Source: Candidatus Saccharibacteria bacterium RIFCSPHIGHO2_12_FULL_41_12
GTDB taxonomy: Bacteria; Patescibacteriota; Saccharimonadia; Saccharimonadales; 2-12-FULL-41-12
Reading direction: 5' to 3'
Assembly (NCBI GenBank): GCA_001790445.1
Contig: MGCQ01000001.1
Span: forward strand, 104,462-168,461
DNA: 64,000 nt
The notes below the pieces were generated by a model that was not told where the DNA came from, ran no database searches, and saw nothing but the letters and a program-made list of their open reading frames with translations. Made by a program: the position numbers and the translations under genes. Shown here one piece after another: positions 27,594 through 37,467 of this stretch; position 1 is the stretch's first letter, and every line of letters begins with the position of its first letter.

Positions 27594-28370
27594 ATGAGCA
27601 AAATACATTTCTATGGACCTGAATTTGGAGAAGCAATGGCGAGAAGTATTGCTACTGCAGATGTGTCTAATGCAGTTGATGCAGCTAGAATACCAGATAG
27701 CCCTGCTTTTTCTGTTGAAAGTTGCGTCAGACATGAGGGCCCATCAAAAGGTGACCTAGATGGTAGCTACTATATAGAAACATCTAGAACGAAAATTGGC
27801 TCATTTGACCCTTCTGAAACGGCCGCAATGATGAGTCAAACCTTTGGGGTTAATTGTGGCGGGGAAGATCTAGAAATCATTAGATACTCGAACGACAGCA
27901 AAGGAACACGGGTCACTGTTGATGATAGGTTATTTAGACGAATTAATGCAAAAGATATTTCAATATTTGATTTTGTGCATTATGATCCGATGTTGAGTAT
28001 GATCCATGAACTTAAAGACGGAACATTTAGCTCTGATGATCTGCTTGATAGACCATTTGATGTTCTGTTCATGCAACAAAGTGGCAGGTGGATTGTTGAA
28101 AAAAGCCCTTGGTCAGAGGCCACATATACTCACTATATGGTGGAAGAACACGGAGATCTTGTAACTGTAAGGACCAAATTATTGCCAGACGGTACAACAA
28201 ACAGAACTATTGAGGTAAGTGATGGCAAAAGACATTCTCTACCAACTACTCAAATAACAAGAGATGGGGGAACTGGCGAAACAAAAATTTGCAAACCTTC
28301 ATCTACGAAAGATGTATTAGAAACAAGCAGAACACTTACAGGCATTTTGAATAACGCTATATTAATATAA
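27594..28370 (+). CDS. Hypothetical protein
   Basis: The ORF track starts at GTG 27585. ATG 27594 (MSKIHFYG…) is preferred. No recognisable domain. Confidence 0.5.
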   Translation: MSKIHFYGPEFGEAMARSIATADVSNAVDAARIPDSPAFSVESCVRHEGPSKGDLDGSYYIETSRTKIGSFDPSETAAMMSQTFGVNCGGEDLEIIRYSNDSKGTRVTVDDRLFRRINAKDISIFDFVHYDPMLSMIHELKDGTFSSDDLLDRPFDVLFMQQSGRWIVEKSPWSEATYTHYMVEEHGDLVTVRTKLLPDGTTNRTIEVSDGKRHSLPTTQITRDGGTGETKICKPSSTKDVLETSRTLTGILNNAILI

Positions 28371-28388
28371 AATTTTCCAGGTATATAA

Positions 28389-28919
28389 TTATAACTTATC
28401 TACAACAGCTTTGATGCTTATTGTGTAAGAATCGTCAATAAGCATTTCATTTTGGTCGAAAATCTCTGTAAATCTCACGATGTTGACTTGGGGCTCAACT
28501 ACTTTCATGCCAATTTTGTTTAAAACTTTGACAAGTCCATCGGCAGAATTTTTGCCTCCTGACCTGCCGCCGTAACTGATAATGCCTGCTGGCTTGTCTC
28601 CCCACTCTTTATATAAATAATCTATAGCATTTTTGAGTGAGGCAGGGTAACCAGCGTTGTATTCCGGGGTAACAAAGATATATGCCTGTGCCTCAGATAT
28701 TTTTGCGCTCCATTTTTTTGTGTGCTCGTGGGCGTAGATTCCAGTTGATGGCATTTCAACTTCGTCAAGCAGAGGCAAATTATAATCAACAAGGTCAAGC
28801 AGCTCTACCTCTGTAAATTTGTTATTATTCTTAGCAATTTGCTCAACATATCTTGCGACCATCGGACCTTTACGCGCCGGACGGGTAGACCCAATAATTA
28901 TTTGCAGTTTCATAGTCAT
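28389..28919 (-). CDS. NADPH-dependent FMN reductase family protein
   Basis: Start moved to MTMKLQIIIGSTRPARKG. TPEYNAGYP and AIDYL motifs are typical of the family. Confidence 0.7.
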   Translation of the reverse strand: MTMKLQIIIGSTRPARKGPMVARYVEQIAKNNNKFTEVELLDLVDYNLPLLDEVEMPSTGIYAHEHTKKWSAKISEAQAYIFVTPEYNAGYPASLKNAIDYLYKEWGDKPAGIISYGGRSGGKNSADGLVKVLNKIGMKVVEPQVNIVRFTEIFDQNEMLIDDSYTISIKAVVDKL

Positions 28920-28965
28920 AGTATAGCCTAAATGTACCAGCATGATGATATAATTGTCCTATATT

Positions 28966-30057
28966 ATGAGGGTTAGCAAAAACTTTATTATTGGGCTACT
29001 AATATTCCTTGGCTTGGCTGGAGTTGTGGCGTCATCTTTCTTTGTTGACTATCGTAATATCACTAGCCGCGCATCAAAAACCAAGCCAGCTGTCCAAGTT
29101 CCAGAATCTACGACGCCACCTCAAGCAAAAATAGTAGAGGAAGAAAAGATCAAATTTGTAGCTGTTGGCGACTTTGACTCGGAAGCCAGATTTGATCAAA
29201 CTTTAACAAATATTAAGAAGGCTGAGCCAGCTTATACCCTCGCATTGGGAGACTTGAGCTACGGCAAAATACCAGAACAACAGTGGTGCGACAAAGTAAA
29301 TTCCGTCCTTGGTAACAAACCGTTTGAAATAGTCCCAGGCAACCATGATATTGAACCAAAGTCTCAGCTGACTAATTTTAGCCGATGCCTACCAAACAGG
29401 ATTAACAATATCGTAGGTAGTTATCCTGATCGCTATTATTTCGATAAAGGCAAAACTCTGAGAACAATCGTCATTTCGCCGGATGTAGCAATCAATGGCA
29501 ATCCGAATAAATTCAACCCAGGCAGCGAAGAATTGCTATGGGTCGAGAAAATTCTACAAGATGCCAAAGAACAAAAAATCCGCTGGGTAGTTGTCGCTAT
29601 GCACAAAAACTGCTTAACTATTGGCGAAAAAACATGCGAGATAGGACAAACTCTAAACAACCTACTAATAAAAAATAACGTTGATCTTATTTTGCAGGGG
29701 CACGAGCATAATTATATGCGAAGCGACCAACTGGCTCTTAGCCCAACTTGTCTGAATATTCTACCCAATAAAGTAAATCCAAAATCCTGCACAGTGCCGA
29801 GTAAAACGTCTCAGTATGACAAAGGAAATGGCAGTATACTGGCCATTGTCGGAACAGGCGGGGCAGAACTCAGAGACATCAATAAAAATTCCGCATCTTT
29901 TCCTTTATTTAGTAAGTTCCTAGGTAAATTTAACGACCCAACCTACGGAGTACTTGTTGTTGAAGTGTCCAACAACAAACTTTCAGCTAAGATGATAGAA
30001 AATACGACAGGTACTGTCAAAGACACGTTTACTATCGATTACAAAATCACCCCATGA
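28966..30057 (+). CDS. Secreted or membrane-anchored calcineurin-like metallophosphoesterase
   Basis: GD.D, GDLSY, GNHD and GHEHNY motifs. ATG 28966 lies 12 nt after a TATAAT at 28949-54, whereas the track starts at TTG 28954. Confidence 0.7.
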   Translation: MRVSKNFIIGLLIFLGLAGVVASSFFVDYRNITSRASKTKPAVQVPESTTPPQAKIVEEEKIKFVAVGDFDSEARFDQTLTNIKKAEPAYTLALGDLSYGKIPEQQWCDKVNSVLGNKPFEIVPGNHDIEPKSQLTNFSRCLPNRINNIVGSYPDRYYFDKGKTLRTIVISPDVAINGNPNKFNPGSEELLWVEKILQDAKEQKIRWVVVAMHKNCLTIGEKTCEIGQTLNNLLIKNNVDLILQGHEHNYMRSDQLALSPTCLNILPNKVNPKSCTVPSKTSQYDKGNGSILAIVGTGGAELRDINKNSASFPLFSKFLGKFNDPTYGVLVVEVSNNKLSAKMIENTTGTVKDTFTIDYKITP

Positions 30058-30722
30058 AAATGCTTAAACCACCGCAAATACTTTATATCGGCGTATATAC
30101 TGCCTTGATTATTTGGGTTCTAGTAGCGAGTAGTAGTCTTCGTGGCTCGGAGTTTTTTGCCATAAGCGCCCTGGGCTTAACTGCATATTCACTGATGTGG
30201 GCTCACTATTTTAATGGATTTATTCGTGGTGTGTTTTTCCCAGAGTCAAATACCAAAACTCTATATAAAATAACTAAATATTTTGTTTTTTTCGCGATCA
30301 TTGCGCATCCTCTAGGCGTCAGCTACGTAGTAACAAGCAGTGGGTTTGGCATTCCACCGATGAGCTATATCCGATATTTCGGACTCGGTAATTTCCTATA
30401 TGTTGCTCTTGGAATGGTAAGCCTATTGATATTTTTGAGCTTTGACCTAAAATCAAAACTAAACAAAAAATATCAAATCATCGTTGAGCATCTGAGCAAC
30501 TTTGCTATGTTGATGATAACTTTCCATGCGCTACTGCTAGGCTATGTCCTGCAAGACAATCGATATAGAATTTTCTTTTATTTTCTGGCTATAACTCTAA
30601 CCCTAATGATGGCGCGACTTTACGCAAAAGAAAAAAGCAAAACTATCTCTATCGTCGGACTAATTCTAGTAGCAATATCTCTCAGCGTTGTCTCAATTAT
30701 TATCTTAAGGAGTAGTCAGTAG
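30054..30722 (+). CDS. Polytopic membrane protein, unknown function
   Basis: 222 aa with ~6 TM helices. Its start overlaps the upstream stop (ATGA). Confidence 0.6.
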   Translation: MKMLKPPQILYIGVYTALIIWVLVASSSLRGSEFFAISALGLTAYSLMWAHYFNGFIRGVFFPESNTKTLYKITKYFVFFAIIAHPLGVSYVVTSSGFGIPPMSYIRYFGLGNFLYVALGMVSLLIFLSFDLKSKLNKKYQIIVEHLSNFAMLMITFHALLLGYVLQDNRYRIFFYFLAITLTLMMARLYAKEKSKTISIVGLILVAISLSVVSIIILRSSQ

Positions 30723-30756
30723 ACAAGTATCCGATAGTTAGTTCTTATCTGTGTAT

Positions 30757-31458
30757 TTATAGGTGGGTACCAACGAGCAGACCAATAGCATATGTCAGTG
30801 CCATTGCCACAGAACCACCAATTAGTACTCTGACCGAAGCACGAATTTTTGGCGCACCGCCTAGGCTTGCTCCAACAGATCCTAAAATAGCTAATGCCAC
30901 CAATGTTGACCCCACTATCATAAAGTTATAGCTACTGCTTTTCACCATGAATATTCCAACAAGCAGTGGGATTAAAGCACCCGCCGTAAAGGCTATTGCC
31001 GAGCTTATAGCAGCCTGCCACGGGTTAGCCAACCCATCAACATTGATCCCTAGCTCTTCCCGTGCGTGTGCACTCAATGCGTCGTGATCATGCATAGCAA
31101 CCGCTACCTTTTTTGCTAAAGTTGGACTTAGCCCCCGACTTGTATAAATATTTTCAAGCTCTTCAAGTTCATGCTCAGGGTAGAGCTCAAGCTCATTTTT
31201 CTCACGCTCCAAATCAGCATGTTCAACATCTCGCTGTGAGCTAACAGACACGTATTCTCCTGCAGCCATTGAAAGTGCTCCAGCCACAGTCGCGGCAAAA
31301 CCCGCAACAAGCACACTGCTAGGACCAGTGCCGGCAGCAGCAACACCAATGACAACACTGGCAACTGAAACTATGCCATCATTCGCACCAAGCACAGCGG
31401 CTCTTATCCACTGTGACCGATTAATTCTATGGTCCTCGCTAATGTATTCTTGGTGCAT
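30757..31458 (-). CDS. VIT1/CCC1-family Fe/Mn transporter
   Basis: RAAVLGANDGIVSVASVVIGVA plus a C-terminal TM bundle. The internal ATG 31458 was chosen so the gene does not overlap the divergent 31506 gene. Confidence 0.75.
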   Translation of the reverse strand: MHQEYISEDHRINRSQWIRAAVLGANDGIVSVASVVIGVAAAGTGPSSVLVAGFAATVAGALSMAAGEYVSVSSQRDVEHADLEREKNELELYPEHELEELENIYTSRGLSPTLAKKVAVAMHDHDALSAHAREELGINVDGLANPWQAAISSAIAFTAGALIPLLVGIFMVKSSSYNFMIVGSTLVALAILGSVGASLGGAPKIRASVRVLIGGSVAMALTYAIGLLVGTHL

Positions 31459-31505
31459 ATATTTAGAAGTAATTATACCACCATATGTTATAATTTTAGA
31501 CATTA

Positions 31506-32627
31506 ATGAGTGATAGCAAAGCAATACAAAAACATCTAGAACTAAAGGGAAAGATTGAAACAGGGCTTAAAGTAGAGCTAACTCCAGAAAATTTAGCGTT
31601 ACTCTACACACCAGGGGTAGGTGAGGCTTCGATGATGGTTAAAAACCAGCCTGATTCGGCCAATCAGCTAACTATAAAAGGAAACACTATAGCTGTTGTA
31701 AGTGACGGTTCGGCAGTGCTTGGCCTTGGCAATATTGGCGGACAAGCTGCACTACCTGTCATGGAAGGCAAGGCGATGTTATTTAAAGCCCTTGCAGATG
31801 TTAACGCTTTCCCGATTTGTCTGGATACTCAAGACAGTGAAGAGATTATCAAAACAGTTATCAATATTGCTCCGAATTTTGCCGGTATTAACCTAGAAGA
31901 CATATCTGCCCCAAGGTGCTATGAGATTGAACAGAGACTTCAAGCGGAGTTAGACATCCCTGTCATGCACGACGACCAACACGCAACGGCAATAATTATC
32001 TTGGCCGGACTCATTAATGCGACAAAAGTTGTCGGCAAAGATTTACTAAAAGCCAAAATAGTTATTATAGGAGCAGGACCGGCTGGATACGCGACCACAA
32101 AGCTGCTCAAACATTATGGCATAAACGATATTGCCGTTTGTGACAGCAAGGGGGTTATAACACAAAATAGAGAGGGACTTGATCAATACAAAAAAGAAAT
32201 TTCAACTGACAAATATGACAAACCAACGACGGCAGAAGAAGCCAGCAAAGGAGCTGACATTATTATTGGCCTATCTCGAGCCGGAGCAATTACAGATACA
32301 ATGGTGCGATCAGCGTCCGCAGGACCAATAGTTTTCGCTTTAGCAAATCCCGTACCTGAGATCATGCCAGAACTGGCTAAGGAAGCAGGGGCAAAAGTTA
32401 TAGCCACAGGGCGTAGCGATTTCCCAAATCAGCTTAATAACGTCCTGGTTTTCCCCGGGATATTCAAAGGCATGGTAGAAAATAATATTAAATCTGTTAC
32501 TCCACAAATAAAAATTAAAACCGCAGAAGCGATAGCCAGCATTATTGAAAAACCAACTGTAACCAACATCATACCCAGCGTATTTGATCCCAAAGTCGCC
32601 ACGACTGTTGCAAAAAGCCTAGAATGA
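31506..32627 (+). CDS. NAD(P)-dependent malic enzyme (short prokaryotic type)
   Basis: 373 aa. YTPGV, VVSDGSAVLGLGNIG and PVMEGKAMLFK motifs, plus a Rossmann GAGPAG. Confidence 0.85.
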   Translation: MSDSKAIQKHLELKGKIETGLKVELTPENLALLYTPGVGEASMMVKNQPDSANQLTIKGNTIAVVSDGSAVLGLGNIGGQAALPVMEGKAMLFKALADVNAFPICLDTQDSEEIIKTVINIAPNFAGINLEDISAPRCYEIEQRLQAELDIPVMHDDQHATAIIILAGLINATKVVGKDLLKAKIVIIGAGPAGYATTKLLKHYGINDIAVCDSKGVITQNREGLDQYKKEISTDKYDKPTTAEEASKGADIIIGLSRAGAITDTMVRSASAGPIVFALANPVPEIMPELAKEAGAKVIATGRSDFPNQLNNVLVFPGIFKGMVENNIKSVTPQIKIKTAEAIASIIEKPTVTNIIPSVFDPKVATTVAKSLE

Positions 32628-32646
32628 TCTCTGCTAGAGCCACCTC

Positions 32647-32675
32647 TTGATATGGCTTACCCTTCAAGCTATAAT
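32647..32675 (+). promoter_or_regulatory. Consensus promoter TTGATA-17 nt-TATAAT upstream of mscL
   Basis: -35 at 32647-52 and -10 at 32670-75. A GGAGG SD precedes the ATG at 32708. Confidence 0.7.
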
Positions 32676-32707
32676 AACTTCTATAAATTTACAGTTGGAG
32701 GCAATAA

Positions 32708-33064
32708 ATGGCTGGTAAAAAACGAGCAATAGTCAAAAAACAATTAAAAGGTTTTTCTGAGTTTGCAAGAGAGCAGGGGGTAGTCGGCTTGGCGGTCGGT
32801 CTAGTAATAGGTGCTGCAGTAGCTACTTTAGTTAATTCGCTAATCAATAATGTAATAATGCCGCCACTAGGTTTTGTTCTGGGCTCTGCAGAGGGCCTAA
32901 AAGGCTTAACTTTTAGTTTGGGTGCAACCTCAAAGGGCCAAGAAGCTGTCGTACACTATGGGACATTTTTGAACGACTTTGTTAACTTTATCGTCATAGC
33001 TTTTGTTGTCTACTTTATTGTTCATGGTCTAAGACTAGACAAAAAACTAGAAAAAAAGAAATAG
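32708..33064 (+). CDS. mscL: Large-conductance mechanosensitive channel
   Basis: 118 aa. FAREQGVVGLAVGLVIGAA and FLN.VINF motifs. Confidence 0.85.
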   Translation: MAGKKRAIVKKQLKGFSEFAREQGVVGLAVGLVIGAAVATLVNSLINNVIMPPLGFVLGSAEGLKGLTFSLGATSKGQEAVVHYGTFLNDFVNFIVIAFVVYFIVHGLRLDKKLEKKK

Positions 33065-33067
33065 TGA

Positions 33068-34006
33068 CTACTGCTCCATAATCTTCGCTTCGTCAGAAAT
33101 TATCTCTGGCGCGTAACGTTGGTGTTTCAAGAACGGCAACATGACAGCGAAAACCAAAACGTATAGACCAAACGCCGCAGCCCTGACAACCCCAATAGCC
33201 GAAGACCCTCCTGAGCCACTGTTAATTTGCCCAACAGCACCAGCGTTAACAACTTTTTGCTTTTTTGGTGAGGTAGCTACAAAGCTATTGCTCTGGCTGC
33301 CTCCTAGACTATCTTTTACAGTTACAACTACTGTATGACTATCTTTATTCTGGTATGTATGCCCAGAGTTAATTTTTGTATCTTTGGTCTCTTGGCTATC
33401 AACTTTGTTATCGCCCCAATCAATATTGACTTTATACGGAGATGCTCCTCCCTCAAGATTTATGGTCCAACTAAAACCCACTTTTGGTACGTAGAAGATA
33501 ACTCCCTTGTCCACAGAAACACTGATGTCGCTTTTAACAAGCTTGCTGGTCGCGTAGAGCGGTACGCTTACACTGTTTAACGTTTCTTGTCCTGTTGTAT
33601 TAATAGCGCTCACAGTGAACACATTGGAGGCCAAGAGCAGTGGCTGAACAGTCGAGAAAGTGCCAGTATCGCTACAGGTCGTGGAACCACTGATCTTTGA
33701 GACATTGCGAATTATCACATAATTTTGTGTATTTTTGGGGCAAGTACCGGAAACTTCAACGGTATCGGTCTCTACCCGGCTATTGACAGCTGGACTGGCA
33801 ATAAAGGGAATACCATCAGGCTTAGGTGCACTAAATACAGATTGAGGCTCTACCACACTAACTTTATTATTGGAATAAGGTACTAGCCAAATTATGAAGA
33901 GTCCTGCAACTAGCAATACTGCAACTATAGCTCTGTACGATGTATGCCTGCGGTGTATAACCGAGCCACTGTGACGATGATGCTGAAGATGTAGATGATT
34001 TTTCAC
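33068..34006 (-). CDS. Membrane-anchored protein with a PKD-like domain and a C-terminal TM
   Basis: 312 aa. His-rich N-terminus plus a TM. The PKD signature reads NIDWGDN…GHTY…HTVVVTVKDSLG. Its start overlaps the RND gene stop. Confidence 0.6.
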   Translation of the reverse strand: MKNHLHLQHHRHSGSVIHRRHTSYRAIVAVLLVAGLFIIWLVPYSNNKVSVVEPQSVFSAPKPDGIPFIASPAVNSRVETDTVEVSGTCPKNTQNYVIIRNVSKISGSTTCSDTGTFSTVQPLLLASNVFTVSAINTTGQETLNSVSVPLYATSKLVKSDISVSVDKGVIFYVPKVGFSWTINLEGGASPYKVNIDWGDNKVDSQETKDTKINSGHTYQNKDSHTVVVTVKDSLGGSQSNSFVATSPKKQKVVNAGAVGQINSGSGGSSAIGVVRAAAFGLYVLVFAVMLPFLKHQRYAPEIISDEAKIMEQ

Positions 34007-36690
34007 AATTTTCTTCCAAATATAGACGATGTTTTTGCTCTCAACAGTTCGATGATCAGCCAGAAATAAGGGAAGGTTATTATAACCAACAAAGTACTGG
34101 ATACCAGTCCAGCCATAAGAGTAACAGACAACGATTCCCAGAATGGGTTAGACAGAGTTAGAGGGATCAAGGCGGCTACACTAATTATACTGGTAGTAAT
34201 CAGTGGGCGGAAACGATTTTTCAACGCCTCAGCAATTGCGTCGATGGGTGATTTGCCAGCTTTAATTTCTTTGTTAGCGTAATCTGTCAGCAGTATAGTA
34301 TTGTTGACCGCCATACCAATCAATGCAAAGAAGCCAACAAGCACAAAAAAGCTCACCGGGTTGTTGCTCAGTTTTAGACCTAAAGCAACACCAAGCCAGC
34401 TGTAGGGAATTGCAAGGAATATAAGAAGTGGTTGGACAAAACTCCTAAACTGCAAAAGTAGCAGTAGATACATCACGATCAGAAGAACAGGGAAGGCCTT
34501 AATCATAGCGTTAAATGATTCCTGATTGTTACTTTCACTGCCAAAATCAAACTTCAACGCACTTGGCTCAAGCCCATAACTTTTAATTTTGTCGGTGTTG
34601 TACTCTTTTTGGATGTCTACTTGTGCTAGCTTAACCAACTGAGAAACATCATCTCCGTTAAATTTAGCTTTTACCTCAGTAGTTTTTAGGGAATCGTAAC
34701 GAGTAGTAGACAACACATTAACAATATTTGGCTCAATTATTTTAGCTTTTGAGCCATTAACTCGCGTAAGTTCACGGTTATTTATTGATTTAACTAGATC
34801 GTTTGCCAGTAGCATGGCTTTGGCGTTATCCTCTGAGGCTATCCTAATGCTAAGCGGTTCATCATCTTTGGGTGGACCAGTAGACAATAAATCTACTTTT
34901 GCTTTTGCTCCTGCGATATGACCAATAACTGCGTTCGCCGAATCTTTAAGCTGCGCATAAGTCAAGTGTCTGTCCTGGTAGTGGGTAAGATCAACTATGG
35001 CCATTGCCTGTAAATTATCGGCGTTATTGGTGTAGACAACTCTCGTAGCGTAAGCCCCGAGGGCTTTACTCAATCTATCGTTTACTTCGTCTGTTATTGT
35101 TTCTGCTTTTTCTATGCTTGTTCCTTCGTTAAACTTGATGCTCAATGTTAGTTGATTCCCATCCTTTGAAGCAGGAAAAATGTCAAACTTAAGTTTCGAA
35201 AATGTGTATATTGCCAAAGAGATTGATCCCACTGCCAACAGCGCAGAGATAACAAGCGTTAATGTTTTCATCTTCCACGAGCCCTTAACCCTTAAGATAT
35301 TATTGACCAGCATGTCTTTGAATCTTGCTTCGGCTCGTGTGATTGGGTTGGTATTTTTGCCTTTACCCCCAAGTATAAGTTTTTTTGATAAAAATGGGAT
35401 CAAAGATAACGAAATAATTAGAGATGAAATGATTGCTATGATTATTGTTATGGGTAGAGCCTTTATAAAACTCCCCAAAATTCCAGTGATAAACAACATC
35501 GGCGCAAAGGCCAAAGACGTCACGAGAGTCCCAGTCATACTGGCGCGCGCAACCTTTTTGATAGCGTCTGTGACAGCCTGACGTTTTTCCTTGTGTCTAT
35601 TTCTGGCTGCATCTATTGCTTCTGCGACAATAGTAGTATCATCAACAATTAAACTTAGTGCTAACACCAGCCCAAAGAGGGTTATTGTGTTAAGAGTATA
35701 ACCGAATATGTAGAGAACCCCGACGGTGGCCAGAAGCACTGTCACCATACTCAGAGCAGTAGCGAGCCCAGCTCGCCAGCTGATCAATGCAAAACTAATG
35801 ATTATGACTATAGCGAAACCTTCCAAAAGGCTACCTTGGAGGTTAGCCAGCTGCTCACGAATGCCTTCAGCGTAATCTGATGCAACGATCGCTTGAGCAC
35901 TACCTGATTTGTTTATTTCTTCAATTTTTTTATTGGTATCATCGTAGAGTTGCAGGGCGTCTGCAGAATTATTGCCAGCAATCCCAATGCTGAAAGAACG
36001 GTGAAATTTTGCTCTGTCCAGCTCTTTGTCGTACACACCCACGCGGTCAAATGAGACTTTTTTGTTGATTGAGCTACCATCTAGAGGACTAGTAACTTGT
36101 CTGTACTGAGGGATAACTTCTGATTTGGTGACATTCCGAGTAGAAGATAGCTTCTGCGCGACATACTTAGCTTGATCTTCGGTTACAGTTTGACCATTTT
36201 TACCATAAACGTTGACGATAATATCATATGTTTGATTAAACTTACCGACGTCAAGTACCTTAAATTCAATTTTTGCCGTTTTTGGCAGGGGCAAGCTATT
36301 CACGACGTTTTGGACCTCGGAACTAACCCGAGGCAAATTAACGCCTTCTTTATACTCGACCAAAGCAAAAAAGTTATTGTCTAATGCTCTAATATTTGTT
36401 GATTTAACACCGTCAATAGTCTTTAACTTTTCACTAATAGGTTTGGCAAGCTCTGCGTCAACCTTATCTTTGTCGCCAACCACATAAACACCGCTAATTG
36501 TGCTCAGGGGCACGTTAACGCTTGGGAAACCTTTGCGGGTCATAAATGTCGTGTAGGACAAAATACCAAAGCCAAGTATAACTAACCAAAGGACTAAGCT
36601 GGTCTTGAAGTGATCATAAAAGAACAATGAAAACCTCTGAAAAGCACTAAGTTTTTGTTTTTTTAATAAGCCTTTGATCACCCTCAACAT
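34003..36690 (-). CDS. RND-superfamily transporter permease
   Basis: 895 aa. Two 6-TM bundles with large loops and a VDDTTIVAEAI motif. Confidence 0.8.
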   Translation of the reverse strand: MLRVIKGLLKKQKLSAFQRFSLFFYDHFKTSLVLWLVILGFGILSYTTFMTRKGFPSVNVPLSTISGVYVVGDKDKVDAELAKPISEKLKTIDGVKSTNIRALDNNFFALVEYKEGVNLPRVSSEVQNVVNSLPLPKTAKIEFKVLDVGKFNQTYDIIVNVYGKNGQTVTEDQAKYVAQKLSSTRNVTKSEVIPQYRQVTSPLDGSSINKKVSFDRVGVYDKELDRAKFHRSFSIGIAGNNSADALQLYDDTNKKIEEINKSGSAQAIVASDYAEGIREQLANLQGSLLEGFAIVIIISFALISWRAGLATALSMVTVLLATVGVLYIFGYTLNTITLFGLVLALSLIVDDTTIVAEAIDAARNRHKEKRQAVTDAIKKVARASMTGTLVTSLAFAPMLFITGILGSFIKALPITIIIAIISSLIISLSLIPFLSKKLILGGKGKNTNPITRAEARFKDMLVNNILRVKGSWKMKTLTLVISALLAVGSISLAIYTFSKLKFDIFPASKDGNQLTLSIKFNEGTSIEKAETITDEVNDRLSKALGAYATRVVYTNNADNLQAMAIVDLTHYQDRHLTYAQLKDSANAVIGHIAGAKAKVDLLSTGPPKDDEPLSIRIASEDNAKAMLLANDLVKSINNRELTRVNGSKAKIIEPNIVNVLSTTRYDSLKTTEVKAKFNGDDVSQLVKLAQVDIQKEYNTDKIKSYGLEPSALKFDFGSESNNQESFNAMIKAFPVLLIVMYLLLLLQFRSFVQPLLIFLAIPYSWLGVALGLKLSNNPVSFFVLVGFFALIGMAVNNTILLTDYANKEIKAGKSPIDAIAEALKNRFRPLITTSIISVAALIPLTLSNPFWESLSVTLMAGLVSSTLLVIITFPYFWLIIELLRAKTSSIFGRKL

Positions 36691-36823
36691 AATTTACCTA
36701 AATTGTATCATATTATCTGTATCTACCACATGACATGTTCTTGCTACGTCAAACTAGCAAGCACTACAAAGTTTGGTAATCGCGCGGGATAATACCCATC
36801 CACAGCAATTTCAAGATAGCGGA

Positions 36824-37426
36824 CTAAGCGGCTAGGGTTTCTGGCGCGTCCTGGGCATCTGGAAACTCTGCCTGGATTGTTGTTGCGACTACACCTACGC
36901 CAGCAATATCGGTAATAGAAGTAATCGAGGTAATGGTACCTGGTTTAATTTCAGAAACATGGTTTTTTATCTTCAAAGCACCCAATAAAGCCCAGATAGA
37001 ATCTTTTTCAGTAACCGCATAAGTCGGTCTATTAAAAGGATCTTTGACAACCATATTATAAAAATTAAGCATCCTCTCCATATCAAGTCTTGTATACGCA
37101 GGCAAGCCAACTTCGTCTAGACCGAGTACCTCAACCTTACCGTCTACCTCAAAATCTCCCCGGGTACTGTTTTTGTCTAAAAGGGAGCTGATACTATGGC
37201 CAGGAATTTTGGCAGCCACAGCAATAGCCTTAGTTGCTACTAAAGCACCACTACTGGGGGATGTAAACAGATTAACTTCACCACGATAACTCCCCAATAG
37301 AGTGTTGCCGATTGCATTGGCTTGTCTCTCTCCGACTGTAAGGAGTTTTGCTCGCACAGATAAATCAGACTCGGCTAAGCTGGCTTCGCATTCTGGTGTA
37401 CAAATAAAATTAACAGGTTGTTTCAT
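36824..37426 (-). CDS. Hypothetical protein
   Basis: 200-aa ORF with no recognisable motif. Confidence 0.5.
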   Translation of the reverse strand: MKQPVNFICTPECEASLAESDLSVRAKLLTVGERQANAIGNTLLGSYRGEVNLFTSPSSGALVATKAIAVAAKIPGHSISSLLDKNSTRGDFEVDGKVEVLGLDEVGLPAYTRLDMERMLNFYNMVVKDPFNRPTYAVTEKDSIWALLGALKIKNHVSEIKPGTITSITSITDIAGVGVVATTIQAEFPDAQDAPETLAA

Positions 37427-37467
37427 AGGTTTTTACATCTTTCCTTCTAAGGAAAGTCTATAAAATA